Below, piece by piece: positions 51,140-60,423 of a stretch of 64,000 nt of DNA (position 1 is its first letter; every line of letters begins with the position of its first letter). The position numbers and the translations under genes were made by a program. The notes under the pieces were generated by a model. It searched no databases. It was given only the letters and a program-made list of their open reading frames with translations, and had not been told where the DNA came from. This DNA comes from Caldicoprobacterales bacterium (GTDB taxonomy: Bacteria; Bacillota; Clostridia; Caldicoprobacterales; UBA3941): assembly GCA_050949255.1 (NCBI GenBank), contig JBMNFJ010000016.1:642397-706396 (forward strand), read 5' to 3'.

Positions 51140-52015
51140 CTATTTGTTTGTTTCTATAATATAGGGCATAGGCCAATACCGGCTGTTCCCCATTTTTTTG
51201 GATGATATATTACCATCATGATCCGTTATTATGATCCATGACTCCACTAGTGCACCATCCATCCCTTCAACAAGGACTCGTTCCTCTCCTTTCGGTAAAC
51301 CCGGGTTTATTTTGTAGACCTTAGAAGGCTTAAGTCTATCTAATATTTTATGTTCCCATTCCACTTTTGGGGGTTTTTCCTGTCCGTACAGCGCTAAGTA
51401 AATTCTATTTCCTTTACCCTCGGCCCAGATTAGTATTGGAAACTCAGTGTTGTTTTTGAATTTAAGGTCCTTGTATCCATATGCAACCGTTGCATCTTGG
51501 CCGTAGGGGACATAGGGTACGGGCATGAAATGATTATACCTTTCTACTATCTCTAAATTGCTGGATACAGCAGCATTGTATAATGTTGATGCTATCTTAC
51601 ATACGCCTCCCCCAATAGTGATTACTATCTCAGAACCCGCAAATGATTCTCCGGGCTTGTAGCCTTTTTGTTCGTCATATGGTCCTATTGCTTTGTTTTG
51701 AGAGAATATTTCGTTTGGCTGGATTACGATTCCCGCAATGGATTTTGCAGCTAAATGAACATTAAACTCTTCATTTGGTGTAGGATTATCAAAAACAGTA
51801 CAAAAGGCTGACATCAAAACATGGGCTTTGGCATCCTCCTGAGCCTTTAAGAACCTTTCATCTTCTGCCCAGGGTAAATTGCTAACTGGGCCAGAGCTAT
51901 CAGGTATATCAAAATTTATACTATTACTTACTTCCATATCCTTTGGTAGCAGAACTATATGTAGTGCTAAGGAAAGGGTTATCAATGCCATGCTAACGTA
52001 TAATCTTTTCTTCAT
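51140..52015 (-). CDS. VanW-family exported protein with G5-like C-terminal domain
   Basis: FSQN..IGP, GGGVCKIASTLYNA, ERYNH, YVPYGQDATV, DLKFKN; signal/TM at N-terminus. Confidence 0.88.
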   Translation of the reverse strand: MKKRLYVSMALITLSLALHIVLLPKDMEVSNSINFDIPDSSGPVSNLPWAEDERFLKAQEDAKAHVLMSAFCTVFDNPTPNEEFNVHLAAKSIAGIVIQPNEIFSQNKAIGPYDEQKGYKPGESFAGSEIVITIGGGVCKIASTLYNAAVSSNLEIVERYNHFMPVPYVPYGQDATVAYGYKDLKFKNNTEFPILIWAEGKGNRIYLALYGQEKPPKVEWEHKILDRLKPSKVYKINPGLPKGEERVLVEGMDGALVESWIIITDHDGNISSKKMGNSRYWPMPYIIETNK

Positions 52016-52113
52016 ACTATCCCCCAATATCTTGACTTTATGGCTGTTAACCTATATTTATTACGGATAAATATAAATAATGCATTTGTTAATCGGGATT
52101 GTATATATAACAT

Positions 52114-52143
52114 TTGACAACATATGGGAAAATAATATATTAT
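52114..52143 (+). promoter_or_regulatory. Probable sigmaA promoter of the ABC exporter operon
   Basis: TTGACA-N18-TATTAT. Confidence 0.5.
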
Positions 52144-52310
52144 GAGATGGTGAAATAAGGGATTTAGTTTTTCTGCCAAGTTTTAGAGTCAAAAAAAAAT
52201 GAGTCAGTTCAGGTTTCAAGCCTTGAATCACGGGAATACACAAACTAATTGGAAAATGTATATTCTGATACTCCCGAAAAACTTATCGCTAGCGGGGGAG
52301 GGTATTATAC

Positions 52311-53285
52311 TTGATAAAAGTTAAAAACATCAGTAAGTCCTTTCGTGTATCGGTTCGTCAGGCCGGATTTGGGAGGGCTGTAAAGGCATTATTTTCTCGC
52401 GAATATAGTATCGTACATGCCTTGGACAATATTAGCTTTGAGATAAAACAAGGTGAGATGGTCGGCTACATTGGGCCAAACGGTGCAGGGAAGAGTACAA
52501 CCATCAAGATAATGTGCGGTATTCTAAGACCTGATTCCGGTGAATGCGTTATTAATGGCCGTATACCATGGAAAGATCGTAAAAACCATGCCAGAGAAAT
52601 TGGGGTTGTTTTTGGGCAGCGTAGCCAACTATGGTGGGATGTCCCTGTAATCGACAGTTTTGAGCTTATAAGGGATATTTATAGGGTAGATATGAAAAAA
52701 TACCGGAAAAACCTTGATGCCCTTGTAGAACAACTTGACATTGGTGAGATCATAAAAACACCTGCCCGCAGCTTGAGTTTAGGACAGAGAATGCGTTGTG
52801 AGATAGCGGCTTCGCTACTCCATAGTCCTGATATACTGTTTTTGGATGAGCCAACCATTGGTTTGGATGCTGTCTCAAAGATAGCTGTTCGACAGTTTAT
52901 TAGAAAGCTAAATTCTGAAAAAAAGACAACTGTGATACTCACCACCCATGACATGCAGGATATAGAAGCATTAACGGAGAGAATTATCCTTATAGGCAGG
53001 GGTAAAATTTTACTGGATAGCGATTTACAGGGGCTTAAGGAAAGAATATCGACTCTTAAAACCCTAACGGTCGATTATACAGGCCTTGCTCCCTCAATAA
53101 AATCCGGATGGACGGTCATAAATCACAGGGAGGGGCATATTACTATTCAATTTGATTCCCAGAAGGAATCCGTATCTGAGGTGATAGCACAAGTAACGAA
53201 GAATACAGCAGTACGCGATATATCCGTCAATGGAATAAGCGCCGAAGAGATGGTCGCGGGACTTTACACGGAGTATAGGATATGA
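52311..53285 (+). CDS. ABC exporter ATP-binding protein
   Basis: GPNGAGKST, FGQRSQLWWD, LSLGQRMR, LDEPTIGLD, TTHD. Confidence 0.95.
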   Translation: MIKVKNISKSFRVSVRQAGFGRAVKALFSREYSIVHALDNISFEIKQGEMVGYIGPNGAGKSTTIKIMCGILRPDSGECVINGRIPWKDRKNHAREIGVVFGQRSQLWWDVPVIDSFELIRDIYRVDMKKYRKNLDALVEQLDIGEIIKTPARSLSLGQRMRCEIAASLLHSPDILFLDEPTIGLDAVSKIAVRQFIRKLNSEKKTTVILTTHDMQDIEALTERIILIGRGKILLDSDLQGLKERISTLKTLTVDYTGLAPSIKSGWTVINHREGHITIQFDSQKESVSEVIAQVTKNTAVRDISVNGISAEEMVAGLYTEYRI

Positions 53286-54085
53286 CTACATATTTCTCGC
53301 TTTTAAAAATGCGATTTTTAAATAGTTTACAGTACAGGGCTGCAGCGCTTGCAGGTATAGCCACCCAATTCGGATTTGGGTTTATGTTTATTTCACAATA
53401 CTTGGCATTTTATAGGGTAAATCCCCTGGCTTTTCCAATGGGAATAGATCAGGTTGTATCATACATATGGGTTCAGCAGGCATTTTTGACATTGTATATG
53501 ACATGGTTCTTTGAAGGGGATATTTTCTCGGCTATTGTAAGTGGACAGGTTGCCTATGACCTGGCAAGACCTATGGACCTTTATGGGAAATGGTTTTGCC
53601 AATGTGTAGCCACCAGGCTGGCTAGGGCAATTTTGAGGTGTTTCCCTGTTCTAATCCTTGGACTGTTGCTGCCAAAGCCCTATGCCTTAACACTGCCTTC
53701 GGATGGATTACAGTTTTTATTGTTTGTTATATCTTCCATACTGACCCTGGGTGTAGTAGTTGCTTTTAGTATGTTCATATATATCTCCACATTCTATACA
53801 CTGTCACCTACGGGGGTACGAATTATCAGCTCTGTATTTGCCGATTTTATGGCAGGTTCAATAGTACCTTTGCCGTTTTTCCCGGACGGATTCAGGCAGA
53901 TTGCAGAGCTACTGCCCTTTGCGGCCATGCAGAATATGCCGCTACGCATCTATAGCGGCAATATTTCAGGAATGGAAGCGCTATATGGGATAGGATTTCA
54001 ATTAATATGGCTTGTAATATTGGTTACTGGCGGAAAACTATGGATGAAAAAGGCATTAAAGAGGGTAGTGGTTCAGGGAGGTTAA
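53282..54085 (+). CDS. ABC-2 type permease
   Basis: QYRA start, SGQVAYDLARP, VVQGG C-terminus; overlaps ATPase stop. Confidence 0.9.
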   Translation: MTTYFSLLKMRFLNSLQYRAAALAGIATQFGFGFMFISQYLAFYRVNPLAFPMGIDQVVSYIWVQQAFLTLYMTWFFEGDIFSAIVSGQVAYDLARPMDLYGKWFCQCVATRLARAILRCFPVLILGLLLPKPYALTLPSDGLQFLLFVISSILTLGVVVAFSMFIYISTFYTLSPTGVRIISSVFADFMAGSIVPLPFFPDGFRQIAELLPFAAMQNMPLRIYSGNISGMEALYGIGFQLIWLVILVTGGKLWMKKALKRVVVQGG

Positions 54086-54086
54086 A

Positions 54087-54863
54087 ATGAGGCTGTATAT
54101 AAAATATATTTCCATACACTTAAAGAGCCAAATGCAATATAAGGCATCATTTTTTCTAATGATTGTCGGACAGTTACTTCTATCCTTCACTGTCCTTTTA
54201 GGCCTGTATTTTATGATGGATAGGTTTAAAACCGTTGGGGGTTTTACTCTGGAACAGGTACTTCTATGCTTTGCGGTTGTACTTATGGCTTTTTCCCTAG
54301 CTGAATGCTTCGCAAGAGGCTTTGATTTATTTCCCGAGATGATATCAAACGGTGAATTTGATAGGGTGCTGGTCAGGCCCCGGGGTATCATATTTCAGGT
54401 ATTGGCGACAAAGGTTGAATTTTCGCGGTTGGGGAGACTTATACAAGCTGCTATCGTTTTTACTTATGCAATACCTGCCAGCGGGGTAATTTGGACCTGG
54501 GACAAGATATTGACGCTGGTGCTTATGGTTGTATGCGGAGCTTTGATATTCTTTGGTTTATTCCTCATCTATGCGTGCTTTACTTTTTTTACAATTGAGG
54601 GTTTGGAATTTATGAATGTGTTGACCGATGGAGGGCGAGAATTTGGCACATATCCATACTCTATATATGGTGATGGTATCTTGAAATTTCTTACCTATGT
54701 TATTCCTTTGGCATTATTTCAGTATTATCCCTTATTGTATCTGCTTGACAAAAAGAAGGACATTCTTCATATGTTAACACCATTACTTGGGCTATTGTTT
54801 CTCATTCCATGCTACTTGTTCTTTCTGCTTGGATTGAGCCGGTATAAGTCTACCGGATCATAG
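54087..54863 (+). CDS. ABC-2 type permease (second subunit)
   Basis: QYKASF, GEFDRVLVRP, YPYSIY, YKSTGS C-terminus. Confidence 0.9.
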   Translation: MRLYIKYISIHLKSQMQYKASFFLMIVGQLLLSFTVLLGLYFMMDRFKTVGGFTLEQVLLCFAVVLMAFSLAECFARGFDLFPEMISNGEFDRVLVRPRGIIFQVLATKVEFSRLGRLIQAAIVFTYAIPASGVIWTWDKILTLVLMVVCGALIFFGLFLIYACFTFFTIEGLEFMNVLTDGGREFGTYPYSIYGDGILKFLTYVIPLALFQYYPLLYLLDKKKDILHMLTPLLGLLFLIPCYLFFLLGLSRYKSTGS

Positions 54864-55053
54864 GTGGAGGTAGGGGTTGAGAATTTTGGCATGTCATGAG
54901 TATATGATTTACTTTTTCGCAATAAAAATGAGTTTTTAATAGGAAATCACCCAGATTTTTTTAATATAATTAATATACCAAATCACATAATTCAAATTTT
55001 AGCGCAATATAGGAAAATATGGGCTTACAAATACTCCCATAAGTTATATAATT

Positions 55054-55218
55054 GTGTTAACGTCGAAGCTCACGAAGGACAGGCTCTGTCCGCGATTATC
55101 TGTAGGTGCTGTTAAGCCATCCGGAAGCAACTTTCGTTCAAACTCCACAAAGGGCACATTTACCGTTAGTTACATGAGTGGGTATTGGAGCGATTCTGCC
55201 ACTGCTTATTACCCTTAA
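55054..55218 (+). pseudogene. Probable 3' remnant of a small secreted-protein gene
   Basis: Open frame 55003-55218 ending SVGAVKPSGSNFRSNSTKGTFTVSYMSGYWSDSATAYYP*; no SD or signal peptide. Confidence 0.4.
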
Positions 55219-55390
55219 TACTTAAAACATATTAACCTGGGCCCTAAGGGCGTTTTAAAAAAAACACAGTACTTAAGAATGAACCGTAACGCATCTATAC
55301 ATTCAAGCTTTCGCAAACTGGTTGAACAATTGCATTTTTGATAATCCAATATAAATTTCACTGGCTTCGACCTTTTTTTGGAGATGCCAT

Positions 55391-56701
55391 ATGAAAAGAT
55401 ATTATATAATCTCTTTCATTATCGTCATAACCTTTTTCCTGTCTTCCTGCGCAGGTCATACATCCCGCATTCAATATGAAGATAAATATATTCCTGACCA
55501 GGATTCCCAACAATATAGTTTTGACTTTGGTGCCAGTGGGGGAATTGCTGAAACCCAAGAAGGATACTATTTTTTGAGCGGTCCGGGTAACCGTTTTCTG
55601 TACTTTTATGATAAAAAGAATAATACATCGGTACAAGTATGCGCTAAGCCAAACTGTTTGCATGACAATGAACCGGACAGCATGAAGATCGCGAGCTGTA
55701 ATGCCTTTTTAGGTGTTTCAGTCTCAAATCTGATCTATTATAACAAATCACTATACTATATAACAGAAGATACTGGACCTGATGAGATGTCATATGAACT
55801 ATGGCGCATGTCCCTTCAGGGAACAGAAAAACGCAGAATTCACGAGTTCAAAGAGATCCCCCTCGAGTTGAGGATTCACCGTGGATATGTCTACTATTTG
55901 ACCAATGATGGCGGAACAATACCAGGCAAGGAGGATACAACGAAATCAAAATATACATTATCAAGGTTTTCCTTAGAAAAATCAGGGGATGAGGTAGAGG
56001 TTATCCATGAGGGGGAAGGTATCTACGGAAAGACTGCGGGATTACTTTGTTATGGGAACAATGTCTTTTACTCTGTTTTCAATTATCTGGATGCAACCTT
56101 GCAATCATTCACGGAAAACTCATATAGGTATGATATCGTAGATGAAAAAGAGCAGGTGATCATCGAAGAAGAGGGTTCAGGGGCATGGACGATATTTGAT
56201 GGCAAGTTGGTCTATACGAAAAATACAGGCATTTTTGCCTGCAACTTCGATGGCAGCGACATTCATAAGGTGGCAGATGAGTATGGACAATTATCCTCAA
56301 ATGACGACTATCTGTTCATCGATAATTGGTGGGATCTAGATGTATTGGATGGTATAAAAGACCGAACAGTTACCGTACTGGATAAATCATATAAGGTCGT
56401 CAAGACCATATCGCTGAAGGGAGTAAGGCCCCAGGCCTATGGATGCTCAAACGAATACTATTTTGTTCAGGATGTAGGAGAACCATCCGCCATAATAGGC
56501 AAGATGCAGGGTAAAGTGTATGAGATATCAGCAACCATTCATGAACTGCCAAAACTTCAAAAGCTATATCGTATAAGAAACCTCGTTAAATATGGTGATA
56601 CGATTGTTGCTCAGATTGTCACGGATGTCCCTCCTAGAGGTAATGTGCGTGAAATACATCCAAGCTTGGAAGATGCCTACCTATATTTTTCTGGGGAGTA
56701 G
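55391..56701 (+). CDS. Lipoprotein (beta-rich, CAKPNCLH motif) fused to the C-terminal tail of an ABC ATPase; probable deletion chimera
   Basis: Lipobox LSSC at Cys20; last ~70 aa (PSAIIGKMQGKVYE...PSLEDAYLYF) resemble ABC ATPase C-termini; no Walker motifs. Confidence 0.7.
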   Translation: MKRYYIISFIIVITFFLSSCAGHTSRIQYEDKYIPDQDSQQYSFDFGASGGIAETQEGYYFLSGPGNRFLYFYDKKNNTSVQVCAKPNCLHDNEPDSMKIASCNAFLGVSVSNLIYYNKSLYYITEDTGPDEMSYELWRMSLQGTEKRRIHEFKEIPLELRIHRGYVYYLTNDGGTIPGKEDTTKSKYTLSRFSLEKSGDEVEVIHEGEGIYGKTAGLLCYGNNVFYSVFNYLDATLQSFTENSYRYDIVDEKEQVIIEEEGSGAWTIFDGKLVYTKNTGIFACNFDGSDIHKVADEYGQLSSNDDYLFIDNWWDLDVLDGIKDRTVTVLDKSYKVVKTISLKGVRPQAYGCSNEYYFVQDVGEPSAIIGKMQGKVYEISATIHELPKLQKLYRIRNLVKYGDTIVAQIVTDVPPRGNVREIHPSLEDAYLYFSGE

Positions 56702-56705
56702 AATT

Positions 56706-59176
56706 ATGAAATTTTTAGAACTTGTTATATATGAATATCGGAAGGTGTATCGAAGCAAATCATTTGTTTTCTTTTTTCTTTCTATTTTTCTGATAAATGG
56801 TGCATTGTTTATCTATACGCAATACCAAAATAACAGCATGTTACTGAAGCATATTAATGCCTATCAACAATTACATGACAAATACTCCGACATGGATATA
56901 GAGACATCATACACAAGTATTAAGGATATGTTAATCCGTATCGATGTATATGGGGATCTCAGCACGCTAACAACCATGGCTAAAGATCATGAATTGGATA
57001 TCTCTGATGAATTTGAACGGATCAGAGAACAATACCCTGCACTGGTGGAAGAATATCAGAATGGGACTATGCAGCTAATAACAGGGGAAATCCACACCGA
57101 TCGTATACTGGTAGAGAGGTTGTACCGGGATATCGCTCATGTATATACATATGAAGACTACTTAAATATCGTTGATGAACAGGCTGAGATGATTTCCGAT
57201 TTTTCTATTTTCAGCAAAAGTGGAACTTTTTCCAAGAGAAACATAATCCGTACGGTTCGTGATTTTGATCCACTCCACGGTATCAACCTGCCCTATGCCA
57301 AATTGGATGCTTTTTCAGCAGTGGCGACATTCCCGATGACAGATATATTTATGCTTTTTGGCTTGTTTATATATTGTGTAGCTCTAATTGTAAGGGAAAA
57401 GGATAGGGAAATTTTCCCCCTATTAAAATCCTGTAAATACGGCGGAGCCTCCCTGATAGGTGCCAAGCTGTTTTTTCTTGGGGTAAACTCCATCCTAATG
57501 GTTCTGCTTTTATATTTTACCAACTACGCTATAGCTGCGACTCTCTATGCCCATCAGATATGGGAGCACCGATTCAATGCAGCATATTATTCAAACAATG
57601 TACCATTTTGATAAACCTATGGCAGTTTATCTGCGCAGCCATATTGATCAAAGCTGCATCCATATTTTTAATTGGATTGATTTTCATTACATTAATAATG
57701 GCAATACGAAGTACCATATTATCCTACGCCGCTATATCTGTTCTCTTGGCTGTGGAATATGCAGCATGGAGTCTGATTGGTGTAAGTTCCTGGGCAAACC
57801 ATCTAAAGTTTATAAATATTTTCTCGATGCTGGACGCCTCGGGCTTGTTTGCGAATTATGTAAATCTAAATTTCTTTGGGTATCCTTTTTCAGTTATGCG
57901 CTTAATCTTCTACCTTTTACCTTCCCTATCCCTTCTAGGATGTTGGTATGTAATGACCACTTATTTGAAAGGCAGCCAGTTCACCTTGCCCTTACTGGAG
58001 CGGTTAGTTGACCTTATTCGCCGTAGGATCAGTTATATATCCCTACATAGTAGTTTGTTTTTTCACGAATTGTATAAGGCCATGGTGACACATAAGGGGG
58101 CTATCATATTATTGGCTTTGGCTGTTTTCACAATCCATAGAGCATCTAACACCTTTGTATTGTTTCCCAGAGATGTCCAAGTATATAAGAGCTATTTACA
58201 GGACTGGGAAGGGGAATTAACAAGTGAAACCATCGAAAAGGTTCAGGAAGAACAGGCCTTTTTTGACACAATTGGCCAACGCATGGCAGAGTTATCTGAA
58301 TCTAAAGCTGCTGGCAACATATCCGAATCAGAATACGAAGGCAGCATAAATAAGCTACTCATGTATCAGGACAAACAAGAAGGGTTTTATAGAGTATATG
58401 AGCAGGTCATGTATCTTGAGGCGATTCACGAAGCGACAGGTATTAGGGTATGGCTATTGGATACCATCGGTTATAATAGGCTTTTTTCTATAAATTCTAA
58501 AACAGAAGAGGTAACAAACATATTATTGATACTTATGATATTATCCCTGCTTATATCCCCCACCTACGCTTATGACAATCAGAAAAAACTAGGGAACGTT
58601 ATTAATAGTTGTAGACGAGGTAGCGGTAATCTGGCAATAATCAAGATTATGTCGGCTACACTTTTAGCGCTAATAAGCATGATAATAGTAAATGGTACTG
58701 AGCTATGGATGATAGAAAGGCTGTATGGATTGCCCGGCTTAATGGCGCCTATACAAAGTATTGAGGCATTTGGAGGGGTACCTTTCAATGTGAGTATTTT
58801 GGAATATATACTCTTAGTAAATGCAATACGATTCATAGGTATCCTGGCAATGGCACTTTTAATCATTATAGTTTCGCGTTATTCCAACTCAATAGCGGCT
58901 GCAAGCGCTATCTCTTTGGCAGTAACTTGTATTCCGGCCTTGCTCTACCTTTTTGGATTTAAATATACCTTCTGGACAAGATTATTGTCGGTTTTATCCG
59001 GGAATGCTCTGTTTATTAACATAGATTCCTATGGTTTCGTACATTCCATTATGTATATAGCAGTGAACATTTTGGTTCTTGCAGTAGAGATCTTTTTACT
59101 GGTTTATGGCAATAGATTCCGTGAAAAGCTACATATCTGGCGTGTTAAAGCTGTACAAAATGGCATTCCTATCTAG
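56706..59176 (+). pseudogene. Large internally duplicated ABC permease with a frameshift near 57549
   Basis: ORFs 56706-57611 and 57560-59176 join if one base is restored (LY[G]PSDMGAPIQ); the two halves are homologous. Confidence 0.75.
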
Positions 59177-59326
59177 TATGTGTTTGAGCTAATAGTAATT
59201 TTGGGTCAATCTATAGGCATATAGGTAAAAGGAGACCAAACCCTATGGCAAATATAGCATGACTTATGGGGTTAAAGGTTATATTGTTGCTAATAATTAT
59301 AACCCAATACCTAGAAATAAATTTAA

Positions 59327-59992
59327 TTAAGAAAAATTGCAAAAAGAGTAAAGTTTGCTGGGATCGGTGATTGTGACCTGCCCGCGACCGGTATCAATTA
59401 TATCCTTTTCGCGTAGCAGCCTATAAATCCGGGCGACTTGGACCCGAGATACGTTTACAATGGATGACACTTCCTCCTGAGTCAAGTACAGGTGATTAAA
59501 CCCAATATTACTAGAACTTAGATGATACATATAAAGGAAATTAGCGACTCTGGCTGTTGCACTATTAAAGCATTGGTTAGCAGTTTCCAAACACATAAGC
59601 CTAAGGACTTTGCAGTAGTACTCTGCGATCTTGATGGCAAACATCTTATCTTCAAGGATCATATTCTTTACAGAAATATTGGAAAGCTCATAACAGCGTG
59701 TATCCGTTACCGATGTAAAGGTCACAAGGGTATCTTGGTTCTCAACCAGGGATTCCAGTCCAAAAAGGGTTCCCGGCATATGATAACCTACAGTTTTTTC
59801 CAAGCCGTTTATATTGGTCATAGAGGCCTTTACCAGGCCTTCTATAAGATAATAGAGATTATCGTTTTTATATCCGGGACAGCGGATAATTGTATTTCTA
59901 TCAAACTCTTGGGTAGAAATGGCAAAGTCTTTAAAAAGAGGTGCAAAGGCCTTTAAATCATCCCGAAGCCAAAAATTAGTTGAATAGAACAT
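59327..59992 (-). CDS. Crp/Fnr family transcriptional regulator
   Basis: LYYLIEGLVK...GLEK...PGTLFG cNMP-like domain; TQEEVSSIVNVSRVQVAR HTH. Confidence 0.93.
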   Translation of the reverse strand: MFYSTNFWLRDDLKAFAPLFKDFAISTQEFDRNTIIRCPGYKNDNLYYLIEGLVKASMTNINGLEKTVGYHMPGTLFGLESLVENQDTLVTFTSVTDTRCYELSNISVKNMILEDKMFAIKIAEYYCKVLRLMCLETANQCFNSATARVANFLYMYHLSSSNIGFNHLYLTQEEVSSIVNVSRVQVARIYRLLREKDIIDTGRGQVTITDPSKLYSFCNFS

Positions 59993-60234
59993 ATAATCCC
60001 CCCTTTTTTATAATTTTAAATATTCAAACAATTATTATATATTAATCATATGTCAAAATTCATGGCATAGTCAATGCTTTCAGGTGACAAAGTGTAAAAC
60101 CTAACATATGATAAATAATTAACAAATATATAAGTCTCTCGCTATTGCTATCATTATGGTCCGCTGGTAAAACATACCACATGTTACATCAATTCTTTCT
60201 AAATGTTAACCAAAATACTATAATATGGAAGATT

Positions 60235-60277
60235 TGTATCCCGTGATACATTCGAATGGTCATACATGCCTTACAAT
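60235..60277 (+). promoter_or_regulatory. Crp-type operator plus -10 box (class II geometry)
   Basis: TGTATC-CCGT-GATACA palindrome 60235-60250; TACAAT 60272-60277. Confidence 0.7.
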
Positions 60278-60423
60278 TCTAATATATATTGATCTATAAG
60301 GGTTAATATACATCGGAAAGTATGTTAAATATGTATCAAGAATGACAGCTATATAATAAGGGTTCCTGTACAATTAGAAGGGAAGGTACAAGCCGAAAAA
60401 TAAACTGTTTGGAGGTAGTTAGT

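Noticed and set aside
51140-52015. VanW gene as evidence of vancomycin resistance
   Set aside because: No vanH, vanA/B, vanX or vanRS genes; VanW-domain proteins are common alone in Clostridia.
55055-55117. attC-like site (TGTTAAC...GTTAAGC around a GGACAG/CTGTCC hairpin)
   Set aside because: Left end does not fit RYYYAAC, the L-box arms pair poorly, it is a single copy and no integrase is nearby.
59200-59310. Riboswitch in the spacer after the permease
   Set aside because: It lies between convergent 3' ends and has no recognisable aptamer motif; terminator-like stems explain it.
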